From Octopus bimaculoides (Eukaryota), in the NCBI RefSeq assembly GCF_001194135.2, contig NC_068988.1, positions 10,135,847 to 10,199,846 of the forward strand: 64,000 bases of DNA. Reading direction: 5' to 3'. The notes under the pieces are model-generated. The model saw nothing but the letters and a program-made list of their open reading frames with translations. It ran no database searches and was not told where the DNA came from. Below are positions 13,166 through 27,436 of the stretch, in pieces (within the stretch, counting starts at the first letter, position 1; each line of letters starts with the position of its first letter). Made by a program: the position numbers and the translations under genes.

Positions 13166-13772
13166 ATGTATTGCATCAAATAAATGACAGAACTGATCCT
13201 GTCGATATGAAAGGCTTTGGATTTGTCGGTTGTTTAAGTAGAACGCTTCTGATTTGTGTGATCTCAGTTTTGGTTACTATGTTATATGTTTTTATCGTTC
13301 CTTTAGGTCGAGCGAAGTTCTTGAGAGAGCATTGCGTAGAAGTCGTTCGAAGATCGTGAAAGTCATATCATTTGTAACTCGAAAGTGCGGTCTCGTCACA
13401 AACATGGCATCATACTGATTTAAAATATTCTAACCCTAGATTTTGCTTCTTTGGAAATATTCAGCCATCTACACACTATTTTACAACTGGTTATTTCATA
13501 CCATCTTATACCTGAAACTTAATCGTCGAAACAAGCATTGATATACCAAGTTTTATATTATATATTTTGTTATATACACATGTGATTACCTTTGCAATTT
13601 TGTCTTCAGTAGCAAAGTATAGTTTTTACAATGAGATTTTTAAGATTGATAATGTCTGAAATTTACTTTTATGTTGGCTTTATCGGTCGTAAAAATCTCC
13701 TTTCTCAAAGATGATTTTTAAAAGTGGTAATTGAAGGATACCGTTATTGTCGTTTTGTTTATACTTCTTTAC

Positions 13773-13923
13773 CTACTAAAGTGAGGAGAGCTATCTTATC
13801 GTAGTTCACATTCTCAACAATGTTAACTGGTCCATTGAGATTTATGTGTTTCAACCACTGATCATAGGAAGTTCTGTGACACACTTCATTGCCAGTAACA
13901 ACAACTAAGTTTATAATTGACGC
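13773..13923 (-). CDS. Candidate coding exon, unknown product
   Basis: TATTTCTAG| acceptor, 151 nt open (ASIINLVVVTGNEVCHRTSYDQWLKHINLNGPVNIVENVNYDKIALLTLV), TAG|GTAAAG donor. Confidence 0.3.
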
Positions 13924-15214
13924 CTAGAAATATACACCAGCGCACATCCACGCTTACATACTTGCAAAAACATACACACGCACGCACACATATATATTGA
14001 AATAATATATATATCCATATACATACGTATATGTTCATATATATGTGTTTGTGTGTGTATGTAAAACCGCGTGCGAGAGAGGGAAGGCCAGCGAATGGAA
14101 CAACAACATGAATGTATTAAAATGTAAATATGTGCATGTATATATAGGCATATATCCCCATATAAATATGTAAGCCTGCACATCTACTACACGCACAGAC
14201 ACACACACACTCACATACGCGCATGTATATATAAATGGATTGAAAAGAAGATACATGTATGTATACATACATACATGCATACATAAATACATACATACAG
14301 AAGAAAATCATTCATACATGCATACATACATACATACATACATACGTACATAATACGTGTATATATGCATAGACAGGTAGAGGAATGGATGGATACAGAC
14401 ACACGCTTTGAAATGTACAAGACAGTTTTGATAAATGGAGTAAAACAAGATTGCTTAATGGCGCAGAAGCTTCACACTATCATTCTAATTATTGAATTTT
14501 TCGATGATTGTCTGTAAATTCCCAAGTGGTTATCATACATATGACGTGGCTATCATATATGTGAGCACGCAGAGAGCAGTCATTTCAGTTGTCGCTAAAC
14601 CTCCGTTCCAATAAAGGCCAATTTTCGAAGTGAAACAGAAATCTTTAAGTATGAAATCGCACAATATGTGCGACATCAGAAAAAGTTCTAATTGCAAATA
14701 GAGATGGGTTCACTAAATGGAACCCTTAAAACATATAGATTAAATGCTCTACACGGAAATGGATCGAAAAGGCAATTACCTGGTCCTCAAATTCAGATAT
14801 ATTGACTGACTACGAAAATTAACAAACACTTATATCTGCTGAATACTCCTAAAAAATATAATTGTGCATTCTGATGAGTCAGTCTGTAAAAGAGTGAGGT
14901 GCCATAATATTTGATCGAATGAAACAAAAATATTATATAACAACATATCCGAGGGAATACCCAGAAATATTCAGAGATTGAGCTTTAACCTTCGGAGTGA
15001 TATTTTCCTTTATAATTTGAAATACACTCTAAGATCTAGTACACTTTTATACGTTATATGATATAAATATTTTAGAAATGCAAGCGCATAAATGTAGAAA
15101 ATGTAAGAATAATTATTTACTATTTACGTATTACTGTAACAAATGAGAATTTATGCTGATTTTTTGTGAAGGTTGTGCTACAAATGTATATCGAAATTAC
15201 ACGGCCACACTCAC

Positions 15215-15352
15215 ATATCCATCCGTTCACCCATTCATCCATCCATCCATCCTTCCGTCCGTCTGTCCGACTGTCAGTCTGACCATCCGTTCATCCGCCT
15301 GCCTATCTATCAATCGATCAATCAATCTATCAATCAATCAATCAATCAATCC

Positions 15353-15419
<67 letters not shown>

Positions 15420-15420
15420 C
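15215..15420. repeat. Compound tetranucleotide microsatellite (ATCC, ATCA, ATCT)
   Basis: Directly visible. Confidence 0.95.
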
Positions 15421-16511
15421 TGTAATTCGCCCCTGTGTTTACATATATTTTTAACATAAGATAATGCTCTAACGATATAACAGAATTTGAAATTCGACCT
15501 TGAAATTAGGAACCTATCGTGTTTCTGGAAGCAAATATTTTATGTTTAGTTGTTGAAGCTATAAAAACCTATTTTACTCACAAAGAAGTCTTTCTCTAAT
15601 ATAATTATTTTCATTGAAAGTAGCCTAAACCTTTTGTGTAGTAACAATAGCCGACGCCATATTAGAAATTCACTTCATTCAAATTTACAAAAATGTAGAA
15701 AGTTGTGTTGAAATATATTATTCAGATTTTCTTCCAATGCTTATGATTTTATTCGTGTTTCTTCTTTCTTTTTTAAAAATTGTGTTACAAACCCGCTGGG
15801 TCTAGAAGAAATTTATTGTCTTCCTATGTTTACCATTATCGAGATTGTTATCTAAATATATCTAACTGAACAGGGTCAAAGTTCCCCAAATGTTCATTAA
15901 TCTTAGTTCATTGTTGATGTTTGTGTTTTTAACCATTAATATATTTCTGTTCCCATTATTTATAGCATTTTGTGAATGGAAAAACTTTACAAATTACCTT
16001 AACTTTAGTTTCTTGTGTAAGAACTAAAAATGTTTCTCACTTTTTACACCTAATTTAATTAAATGTTTTCTAAACACTGACAATACGATATGCATTAATG
16101 CTGAAAATCTGTGCAGTCTTTAGTATGTTGGATAGATCAGTCTGCTGTATGCACTCGGGTTATTTGTGCTCAGAATGGGACCTCGGTGTTATCAGATTTG
16201 CGTTTCGTTATTCCTCGGGCAATAAATAAAGTAACAAGCTAATACCAGACTCGATTATTTGCATTGAGTATTTTTTTTTCGTCACTAATACGTTGTGAAA
16301 CATTGTGTTGACCACATCATAACTGCGTTAGGAATGTATCCGCTGCGGAATACTGATCCGCTTGTACTTTACTGCCAAATGTTGGAATTCCTTTTAAAAA
16401 ATGAGTGATCATGATCGAAACTTCATTTTACAATTTTATATATTGTATTTTAAAAACGAAGCACACGAACCATATTCAAATTAATCCTTGAAATGTCATG
16501 TTGTTGTTATT

Positions 16512-16680
16512 GAGGCGGTCAGCTGGTAGAATTGTTAGCACGCCGGGAAAATTGCTTACAAGCACTTCGTCATTAGACTCTAAGTTCAAATTCCTCTTTC
16601 CGGAATCGATCAGATATTTATCAGTTAATCGATATAATCGGCTTACTCCGTCCCTTTTGCCAAAATTTGAATCCTATTTC
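16512..16680 (+). mobile_element. tRNA-derived SINE, family A, degenerate
   Basis: GGCGGTCAGCTGGTAGAATTGTTAGCACGCCGGG...GTTCAAATTCC head matches the better-preserved copy at 49522. Confidence 0.75.
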
Positions 16681-17741
16681 TAAGATTGTTCGTTAAATAA
16701 TTTTGCTCTTCTTGAAATTACATTCTCATTTTGCTAAAGAAAACGTATTGCCCCCTGCAGATTTATGAGCTGCTACAATGAATTCTAAGTAAGGCGCAAA
16801 GCCAGCTTTTTGGAGGAGAAAGATAACTCGATACCACGGAGCGCAGTAATCGACTGGTATTTATTTTACTGATCCCTGATACACTTATTTTGGTATTAGT
16901 TCAATATAACATGGAAGGACATTTCACCTAATAAAACCAAAGATATATATATATACATACACAAACTCACACACGTAATTATGGCTTCTTTTCCGGACAA
17001 ATATTACTGAGTGAGGTATACAAGATTCGATCACATTGCCTATGGTATTCTGAGTTTTAATATAAGAAGAGCAAATACTTAATGACACACTGATTTGGAG
17101 CAGGTGGAGCACTGTTGGGGCAGTGATGCGAAGATAGTTCTTAAATCTTTAAATATACTCCTACACATAAAAGGGAACTAGCTTTTGAATATTCCTTATA
17201 TCTTTAAATCTCAAAGATAATTAGGAGAGATGCACACATTCAATATTATGCATCTAATAATGTGCCGCATTAGGAAACCATTAATAAATTAAATGATATT
17301 AATATGATCCCTATCTTTTAGGTATATTAAAGCGAAAGCTGAATAGTCGAAACTGACTCGTGTTTACATTGATTTCTGAATTGGTTAAGTATGTACATGT
17401 ACTTTCAAAACCTATCCACTTTCTAAAGCTAAGATGTATAATAACGCCTTATAATAAAACCGTATCAATGCACACGAGTACCCCAAAATATCCCACTTCT
17501 CTCTATATTTACAAATACACACACACACACGCATACATATATGTATATACATATGTATATATATATATATACATATGTGTATATATATATATATATATGC
17601 ATATATACATATATAAACTTCTATATACATAAGGATAAGATCGTTATTTTAAATAGTGTCGACATCAAGTGGCATCATGGGAAGAAAAATCCTTATATGT
17701 TATAATAATTATTATAATTACATATAAGGTTATCTAAGATA

Positions 17742-17894
17742 CCACCATGCTTGAAATAGAGCCAGAACCCAAGGGTCTGAAATTATATAATTTTTACTGG
17801 TTTTATTTGCCTATTTGTCTTTTCACCTAGTACTGTATTGAATACTTGAAGTGTTCGTAGAATCAGGTTTTGACTGCTATTTCAAGCATGATGG
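17742..17894. mobile_element. MITE with ~28-bp imperfect TIRs and TA flanks
   Basis: CCACCATGCTTGAAATAGAGCCAGAACC ... GGTTTTGACTGCTATTTCAAGCATGATGG, with TA on both sides (Tc1/mariner-like TSD). Confidence 0.75.
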
Positions 17895-17902
17895 TATATT
17901 CT

Positions 17903-17937
<35 letters not shown>

Positions 17938-18940
17938 GAGCAGGAAATAGAGAAAAATTTTGATCAACAATCCAATTGACTACCATCGTTTAAATATTTT
18001 ATATTACAAAGCTTAAACGTTGCATACAGCAGTTTCTGCTGCCAATATCAGTCGGTGTCGTCAAGGAAAATTATGAGAATAATATTCGTCATTGTTATAG
18101 CACATCCGATCTAGTATATGGAGCTTCATCAGAGAGAAAACAAATACATAAAATAAGAGGNNNNNNNNNNNNNNNNNNNNNNNNNNNNNNNNNNNNNNNN
18201 NNNNNNNNNNNNNNNNNNNNNNNNNNNNNNNNNNNNNNNNNNNNNNNNNNNNNNNNNNNNNNNNNNNNNNNNNNNNNNNNNNNNNNNNNNNNNNNNNNNN
18301 NNNNNATATATATATATATATATATATACGCAAATTTATTTATGAATGTATAAAATGTTCATACAACATTCATAATGGTGCAATTTGGTTTTTTCACCGA
18401 AGTTATTTCTTTAAAATCTCCTTAACAATGCATATATTTGATATGAAACTTTAAGGCAATAAAGTTTTGCAGATATATATGTCATTCATTTTCACATTGT
18501 TATTGTATCCATTTTTATTGTTGTTTGCTTATTGAAATACGAGCTCCATATCTTCACAACCGTTAAATGAGTTGCTCGTGATCATTTTTATATTATACAG
18601 ATAAATGACAATTTATAAAACCATGTGTCGTGGAGTTTAATATATATAGAAAAGATCTCTGTTTACCTTCAGTATATTGCAATACGAATCTCAACTCTTG
18701 AGGCTATTGTATTTACTCGATTTGCCTTTGGTTGGCTAAATTTAAATACGGAATGTGTTTGTTACTGGACATTATGAAAAGGAATCGTAACATTCAGGAT
18801 AAATCATAGATTTAATTATGAAATTTCATAACCGTGAATATGTTCTTAAATGAATTATTAAATGTGTGTCTATATGTTGATGTATACATGTGTATATATG
18901 CATATATATATATGTGTGTGTGTCTGTCTATGTATGTATG

Positions 18941-19005
<65 letters not shown>

Positions 19006-19650
19006 NNNNNNNNNNNNNNNNNNNNNNNNNNNNNNNNNNNNNNNNNNNNNNNNNNNNNNNNNNNNNNNNNNNNNNNNNNNNNNNNNNNNNNNNNNNNNNN
19101 NNNNNNNNNNNNNNNNNNNNNNNNNNNNNNNNNNNNNNNNNNNNNNNNNNNNNNNNNNNNNNNNNNNNNNNNNNNNNNNNNNNNNNNNNNNNNNNNNNNN
19201 NNNNNNNNNNNNNNNNNNNNNNNNNNNNNNNNNNNNNNNNNNNNNNNNNNNNNNNNNNNNNNNNNNNNNNNNNNNNNNNNNNNNNNNNNNNNNNNNNNNN
19301 NNNNNNNNNNNNNNNNNNNNNNNNNNNNNNNNNNNNNNNNNNNNNNNNNNNNNNNNNNNNNNNNNNNNNNNNNNNNNNNNNNNNNNNNNNNNNNNNNNNN
19401 NNNNNNNNNNNNNNNNNNNNNNNNNNNNNNNNNNNNNNNNNNNNNNNNNNNNNNNNNNNNNNNNNNNNNNNNNNNNNNNNNNNNNNNNNNNNNNNNNNNN
19501 NNNNNNNNNNNNNNNNNNNNNNNNNNNNNNNNNNNNNNNNNNNNNNNNNNNNNNNNNNNNNNNNNNNNNNNNNNNNNNNNNNNNNNNNNNNNNNNNNNNN
19601 NNNNNNNNNNNNNNNNNNNNNNNNNNNNNNNNNNNNNNNNNNNNNNNNNN

Positions 19651-19698
<48 letters not shown>

Positions 19699-21254
19699 TA
19701 TGTGTGTGTCTGTGTGTCTGCGTGTGCGTATGTGAGTGCATGTGTATGTGTGTACGTGTGTGTCTGTGTGTGTGTATAGGATCGTACATATATACGAATA
19801 TTTATACATGTATGTATATACACAGTAATGATCCTCGGAAATTTGTATAAACTATTTAGCATACTTTTGAAATGTAAATATCTGGTTTTACTTTTATGTT
19901 TCTGAAACATGTCGTGAAAAAATGTGTATTGCTTTTTTCATCGCTTCTTTCGCATTATTTTACATTTTCTTGGTCAAGTCCTGCGGATAACCATCATTTC
20001 TGGTAATTTTCTCTTCATATGCTTATGATATCATGCTGCATTTTTTTTGGTGGGTGGTGGTGTATATATATATATATATGGGGATTTATGAGACCTAGTT
20101 TTCTGCTACTGGTCGAATTTCTTATAGTCTCCACTTTTTTACATTAAGAGAAGTGGTTCTACAAATGTTAACACCTAACAATGGAGACAAACATTTCCTT
20201 TCTGAAAATTTAGAACTTTGCGTGGTACATTTTAGAATCATGGACCTGTAAATTTGTTGTAGTATATGCATTCTGTTCCTTTAGGTTTTATAGTCAGCCG
20301 AATGTGCACCGGATTGTTTTTCTGGTTTAGTTAGTGAGTTGGAAGAACTTTAATCCAGACTTTCACAGGAGACAATACTCGAATTGCTTTGAGAAATTGT
20401 GGAGTGAATGTGACGAGGAAATGTATAAATAGTAATGCCGCATGTCCATATATCACCAAAAAGTTTAATGTTGTGTTTATGTTATTTTATTTTTATTGCC
20501 TTGTCACTTTTGTTGTCTCTTCTTCTTTGTAGTGTTGTTCTTTTTTTGCTTTTAACATTCTTTTTGTTTTTGTATAGGTCTTCGCTATACAAATCTTAGT
20601 GTTTGTAAATTAATGCAGTTTTCTCCTTCCCTCTTCTCACTAACTAATTTCCACGCTCTCCTATTTCTAACTCATACTAGCTGATATCAGCCCCCCCCCC
20701 CACTTCCTTCGATCATCAGCTCATACAATCTTCGAATCGAAACTAATCTATGATGAATCGAACATCTTCCACTGCAAGCAAGTGGTTCTCGAGTAACGAA
20801 CACATTCTGTACATCTGAGATTTCTAACAATGCCTTGTCTCCGATCTGGTTCCTGTTCGCTAAACCTTTTATAAATAAAGATTTTTGTCACGCGTATTAC
20901 ACATAGCGTGGAATTAAACCTTTTAACTTACATAATATTGCGCATGTTATTCGGACATTTGGCCCGTAAGTGGGGATGGCTGTTATTTCCACCTGTTCTT
21001 AATCCCTGGACAATAAACTAGAGCGAAGATGTTTATTCATGGATTTTTAATTCATATTTCATTCTCGATCTGTAGTAGTGAGTTGCCGGTTGGAAATCGC
21101 ATAAATGTATTTGATCGTAGTTCATTTAACTGAATAGCAACAACGACACTCCTATTTGTTGAATGCATTATCGTGACAGGATTACATCAGCCAGTTTCTA
21201 AATGTGGCGATTACAAACGGCAGCACGTCCATTTGATTTCAAATTCTGACTGAA

Positions 21255-21612
21255 GGCTAGAAATTCTGTGAAGTGGGCTAAGTCGATTTTCTCAATCCCA
21301 GTGCTCACCTGGAAGTTGTTTTATCGATTGTGAAAGGATGAAAGGCAAAATGAACCTCGGCGGAATTTAAACTCAGTATGTAATGACGGACGAAATACCT
21401 ATTTCTTTACTGCCCACAAGGGGCTACACACAGAGGGGACAAACAAGGACAGACAAACGGATTAAGTCGATTATATCGACCCCAGTGCGTAACTGGTACT
21501 TAATTTATCGACCCCGAAAGGATGAAAGGCAAAGTCGACCTCGGCGGAATTTGAACTCAGAACGCAGTGGCAGACCAAATACCGCTAAGCATTTTGCGCG
21601 GCGTGCTAACGA
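21255..21612 (-). mobile_element. Family A SINE, nested pair (young body inside or in tandem with an older body)
   Basis: On the minus strand: one head, a near-consensus body plus extra tail ending GTAAAGAAATA, then a second, more diverged body restarting at GGTATTTCGTC (junction near 21400). Confidence 0.85.
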
Positions 21613-22375
21613 TGCACGTCCATATGTATATTTAAATTATATCTAATCCCATGGTGATTAATGGTCTGACCACTGCAATGTATGGTGGATGTTAGGAGAG
21701 GAATTTCCAATGTGATCTTTCGCTTTTCTACAGACCGTTTATAAAATTCAGTCCTTACACTAAACAACATAAAACAGTCTCATTCATATACCTGTAGTAC
21801 TAGCTATCAGCAACACTTCTACCAATATTAACCCGTGTAGCATCCGTCCCAGAATCCAGTGGGTGATCACAAATCGTTTTGCGTTATACGTGTTACTATT
21901 TTTAGATGTATGTACTGACTACATATGAAAGAATATGGAGCATAGACGTATAAGCCACTTTTATGAAAATTCACGGTGATAACCGCTTCGAATCATTTTA
22001 CGTCATCCAACTCCATACTTGCATGCTTTGTTTTTCCAAGACAACAATGGAATAACTATTACAAATAAGAATTCTTCAGAGAGCTTCGATGGGATAAGAA
22101 TGCTTATTCGAAACAAAACTCAAGTACGTACATCGATGGTTGGAACTGTGAAGTGTTGCAGTATGCTCTGTTTCTCACGCAGGAAGAATTGTCAATTGTG
22201 ACATAGAGGTATATATGGAAGTATTTTATGTATGTTTTTAAAATTATACGTTTACATCGATATGAAAAATATATTTATCATATTTTATATATTTGTGGTT
22301 TAACCTGTGTAATGCTCGTATGTGTGCGTGTGTGGATATATATGTATATAAATTCACATATGCAAATATATAGAC

Positions 22376-22426
<51 letters not shown>

Positions 22427-22444
22427 TCTGTCTATCTAACTGAC

Positions 22445-22525
<81 letters not shown>

Positions 22526-23544
22526 ATATATATATATAATCTTATACAAGTGTGTTTGAACCTCTGTGAATATGCTTGTGTAGATACCTACATACCTACA
22601 TACATATTTCTTGCCAATATGTCTCAGTGTGTATTCTTGTATTTGAGGAAAACAAACACGTTTGAATTATTTCTCTATAATGAATGCTTTATTATTTTTT
22701 TTACATCTATTCCTAAGCGTCTGGTTTGTTATATTCCGAAAAGTGAATAACATTTTGGCAAGTTATTGAAAATCACTCATATTCAAGCTTCAAACTATAC
22801 ACATCAAAAACATTCGTTTGTAAGTAAATCTACTTCCTTTAAATTTTCATCTTTTCAAATATTCAATTGAAACGAAAATTCGTGTAGTTTCTTTTCCATA
22901 CAACTGAAGCCATGCTTTCTCATACACTTCGTCTGTGATGTTTTATTTCCTTCACAGCATCCGTTGTTATAGAAATTAATGTGTATGTTTATATGCACTA
23001 TGTTCAACTTAAACACCGATTCAGAAATATCTCTATTAAATAACTATTTAACACCAGCACATTCAACCAAAAATATATACACAGAAACACGCATAGATGC
23101 AAATGTGCATGGACTAACTTACAAATAGATCCGTTAAATTTTCGCTACATCACATTACATAGTATTATGAACAACATGACGCTAGAAACAAAATATTTTC
23201 AGATTTTGTTTGGCTTAGAAAATTGACACGTTTCATTTGCGATGTTTTCTACAAACGACTTGATTAAGAAATCAGACAGCAATGGCATAAAAACCTAAGA
23301 GTACAAACCAACTTCGATGGATATACAGAAATAAGTAATTCAACATTTAATTTGTTTACTGCAGACGCGTGTGAAAATTCGCATTGTGAGGAAATTTGGC
23401 ATTTCATATGCAACTGTGTACCATCCACATGAACACGCTTCAAATTATTTTGATTAGAAAATAACTATAAAAGCTTTAACATGGTTGGAAAATCTTGTAT
23501 GCAAACATCCTTTTCTTTCCGACCTGTAAAGTATCAATGCGTCT

Positions 23545-23705
23545 GTCTAAACGTTATGAGTTCAAATTCTGCCGAAGTCGATTTTGCCTTTCAACCGTTC
23601 CGGATCGACAAAAAAAAAAGCAGTTGAGTTTTAGAGTGGATGTAATCAAATTATCTCCTTCCTACAAAGTTGCTGGCCTTGTGCCAAGATTTGAAATCAA
23701 TATAA
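23545..23705 (+). mobile_element. Family A SINE, 5'-truncated
   Basis: GAGTTCAAATTCTGCCGAAGTCGATTTTGCCTTTCA...GCTGGCCTTGTGCCAAGATTTGAAA. Confidence 0.8.
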
Positions 23706-23971
23706 AGGGACATTATCGAGTACAGTAATTTTATTTTGTGAATCTATTGCGTCTGTAAATTTGTAACTTCATCGTAAGCATGCCATAGATATGTGCCGTA
23801 GACTTTACGAATAAAAGGAAAAACTGTTTGTTGTATATCTATAGCTCTTCTTTATCTGCTAATTATGAAATGATTGCAGTGTATACAATGAGAGAATCGT
23901 GTGTTGCACCTCCCTTCGAATCCTATTTCCAGCTAGGTAGAATGAATCGAGGAATATAGCATCATACTTTT

Positions 23972-25427
23972 ACTTACAGACGCTAAGAGACGCTTTCTAA
24001 ATATTCTTACATTTTCAAGATATTTGTAATTATGTTTCGGTTTCAATAATACTATTCGATGAAACTAAAATAGTGAAAAAAAAACCTAGAGGTGTATACA
24101 GGTAAACAAGAATACAGAGACATGCGTTCAATAAAAACATCTCCATAAAAATTTGAATATTGAGTTTGAAGTGAAAAACGCATTCACCGACGAGACTAAA
24201 GAATAAAAAGTGAACGAATGTATAACATTCAAAACGTGTTTCCTATAGTAAAGGCAACGAGAAAATCTGAAACCTCAAATTTGAAATTGGAAGACACTAG
24301 CATGCGTTCACTCTGAAACCAAAGCGCATTAAATGAAATATTTTTGTCTGAAACTAAAAGCACTCAATATGTATAAATTGCTTTCTGTATAATTGCTAAA
24401 TGTGACAAGTTTCTCCGCTCAGATACAATCCAACATGTCATTTAGTATATTCCATTCTCGCTTCGCACTAAAAGGCTTCACCACTTTATATTAGGCTCTC
24501 TGTTAGCTCCGAACATTTTACTGTAGATGGTCTTAAATTTAGTTATTTATTTTTTGCAAGTTACTAAATGAATAGACTAAAGGAATATGAAACTTAACGA
24601 GTCAAAATGTTCTGCAATAGTATATGGAATTGCAGATGAATATACGTTAATATGAAATATATTTTGAGATTCCTCAGTTCCAGATTATTTAGAATTTATC
24701 AGCTGTTCCATGCATACAATCTTCTGTGCATGAATTTCGAAAACTAATAATTGCATTCTAAGGCGTGTTCGTTATTTCTCAGTGTAATACAATTTTGATG
24801 TGTAAACATCAAAACAAAATCAATAATCGTGCTGGTTTGAACAACATCGTCAAATTGCTTCTTTCGTTCGCTTGGTAACTCTCATGCTAATGAATAATTC
24901 CACAAAAGGAAGGTAATATTATTATAACCATGTTTTGGTAAATATACTCACAGCAAACTATTCTTTAGAGTACTTATCTGTAAATATTACCAGTTGTCTG
25001 ACGCTATCAAAGTAACAGAATTTTAATTCAGCTGGATTATTTCCTAAAACAGGTAGCTTATGGAAGCTTCTACAATATGTAATATTTTTCTGTTTTCTTT
25101 TTCTTTTTTTTTTCATATATCAAATTAGATTTCTTTCAAGATTTAAAAAAAAAAATGAAACATCTTCTTTGACTTACAGACGCCAAGAGAAACTCATTTA
25201 TTTTCTAAATATTCTTATATTTTGAAGAAAGTTTAAATTGTGTTTCGGCTTCAATAATCAGATTCCAAGAAAATATATATCAGTAATAAACTACAGGTGT
25301 ATACAGGTAAACAGGAATGCAAACGGACATGTGTATGCTAAAAACATCAGACGGGAAATTCTCCCTAAAAAATGTTTATGTTGTCGTTGAAGTTAAAAAT
25401 GCATTCACCGACGAGATTAAGGAATAT
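23972..25427. repeat. Diverged direct repeat pair (about 240-255 bp each; 23972-24207 and 25172-25427)
   Basis: Shared blocks ACTTACAGACGC(T/C)AAGAGA, TTCTAAATATTCTTA, TGTTTCGG(T/C)TTCAATAAT, AGGTGTATACAGGTAAACA and GCATTCACCGACGAGA in the same order. Confidence 0.85.
23978..24064 (-). CDS. Candidate coding exon, unknown product
   Basis: Acceptor GGTTTTTTTTTCACTATTTTAG|, 87 nt open (FHRIVLLKPKHNYKYLENVRIFRKRLLAS), donor TCT|GTAAGT. Confidence 0.3.
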
Positions 25428-25689
25428 ATGACGTCAAATAAATGCACAAAGATATTGATTTAGTTTTAACCAGGATTTGATGTTAGTATAGCGCATATAG
25501 AATTTGTCAAATCCACAGTTATCTTTTACACTAAAACTTATGAACTTATGAAGACTTTTACATGGTTTTATTCCAAAGCTTTTAAAGACACAATTATAAT
25601 ATAACCCCAACTAATACTGGACATGAGTCCGTTGTCGCGTGGAACTGTAAATTTTGGTTGTAGATGTTGATCAGCTTGTAAAGTTTATT

Positions 25690-26510
25690 GGCATTGTTCA
25701 TTATCAGGGATTTGTGAGACAGAGGCAGCTAAAGGTCTTCATAAACTAAGAAAATAACTTTTTAACCTACATGAGCTGGTGTGGGTCAGTTCCGGAATGC
25801 TGAGTTCTTCGGGAGAAAATTATTGGAAACAGATGGTGCTTACTATAGGTTATTCTGTGCAGTGTGACAGGACGAGAGTAATTCCTGGAGGTAAGGCAAA
25901 CAAGTTGATCCGTGAGGGAAACGTTATGTTTAGCTGTTGCAAAAAGTCAGAAGGCTCAAAGAGTACGGATCTGGGATAAAGGCTGTTGTTTGTCTTGAAA
26001 TGACTTTAAAGACTTAGTCAACTTACATTCCACGGGATGGATTCTAATTCCTACAAGTAATGATAATTAATTATCACCAAACATGAGTTTTATAGAGTAG
26101 CAATGAAGAATTGATTGGTTTTCTATTCCTGAAAAAAGCTCCAGTTTTTAAGATGGCATTGACTCATTTCGTTTCATCGGAAGTGGTGTAGTTGTATAAT
26201 GTTTATGGTGTTGGCGTATGAGTTGCAATGAATGTTTTGTTTCGTATGAACGCAGTGGATTGTTTCTCGATGTTGAGAAGATATGATCAGCATGCCCTAT
26301 TTGTAGTTGACATTAGGTGTCTCCTATTATGGGACCAATGTGAACTTGACTTCAGCGGCCCAGGTTCTATGTGAATAGCATATAATTGTGGAGAACAGGG
26401 AGTAATATATGGAAATATCATCTGTATAAGAATGAGTTTTATTAAGTGCATCAGCAGTTAGGTTATTTATGTACTATGGAGACCCTTGAATATTTCATGG
26501 AATTAATGAC
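25690..26510 (-). mobile_element. CR1/L2-group (Daphne/Kiri-like) LINE, decayed 3' part of ORF2
   Basis: Minus-strand fragments YINNL...HSYTDDISIYYS (RT YADD-like), ILKTGAFFRNRK...LLLYKTHV, and NNFLPKNSAFRN*P (the SFLPRT..LWN.LP motif). Many stops and frameshifts. Confidence 0.75.
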
Positions 26511-27362
26511 AAACGTATTCGGTTATATCTGAAAACTATATAAAAAGACCTGAAAATGTGACCTGTGCTGTTTCTGTATCAAAAGATAGACGTTCATATG
26601 AAAATCATTGTAAAGTGAAGTATATTGGACTGTGATGATTATTTAATACATTTTATATATATACACATTGTATACTTTATGCACAATTTTATAGGCTTAA
26701 CACACAACACACTTTTTCTCTCTCACACTTCACATTACCCATTAATATCTCGTTGCCTGTTGTACATTACTTTGAGTCTTCCACATTTACATTGTCATGT
26801 TACTGTGCACTGCTATGATTCTGCTCGCATCCTAGAGTTAAATCGTTCTCAAATTCATAACACCCATAAAAGCTATACACATTTCATACTAATATACTTT
26901 TAAGTGCTAAACAACTTTTAGATAAAACTTGTGATTATATTTTGAAAACTTTTGATAAGAAATTTACTTGAACCTCGTTGGCCTGCAGTGGAGAAAAGAG
27001 GAAAAACACGCAAACATGTTGACTAGAATATTGTAGCCGAATAATAAGAGAGTCCAGCACAGCTCTATAAAAGTATTTAAATATAAGAAAAATAATCTGC
27101 AACATAGAATTCTTCGTTTCTATCTTATAGTTTACAGCAGTGTGGATTGGTATGTACTTTGTTTTCAGCTCTGTAGGGAAATGTCAAAGAATCAGTAGCT
27201 AGAATAATGTATTGTGCTCTCCGTTTACTGCAATATTAGCTGTACATCTACATGTTTTGACGAACAGGAGCAATAACCTATGCTAACAAGTTATATGAAA
27301 TATCGAGCACAATCAGTTCTTCAATCAATTTAAGTTCGTAGAATATATAGAATACATAAGTG

Positions 27363-27436
27363 ATTCTCCTTAAGATATTCCTAGAATATCTTAAGGAGAA
27401 TTTTACAATACATAACAGATTCCCCTTAAGATATTC
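27363..27436. repeat. Perfect 18-bp-arm palindrome plus a third, direct arm copy
   Basis: ATTCTCCTTAAGATATTC-CTA-GAATATCTTAAGGAGAAT; GATTCCCCTTAAGATATTC recurs at 27418. Confidence 0.9.
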
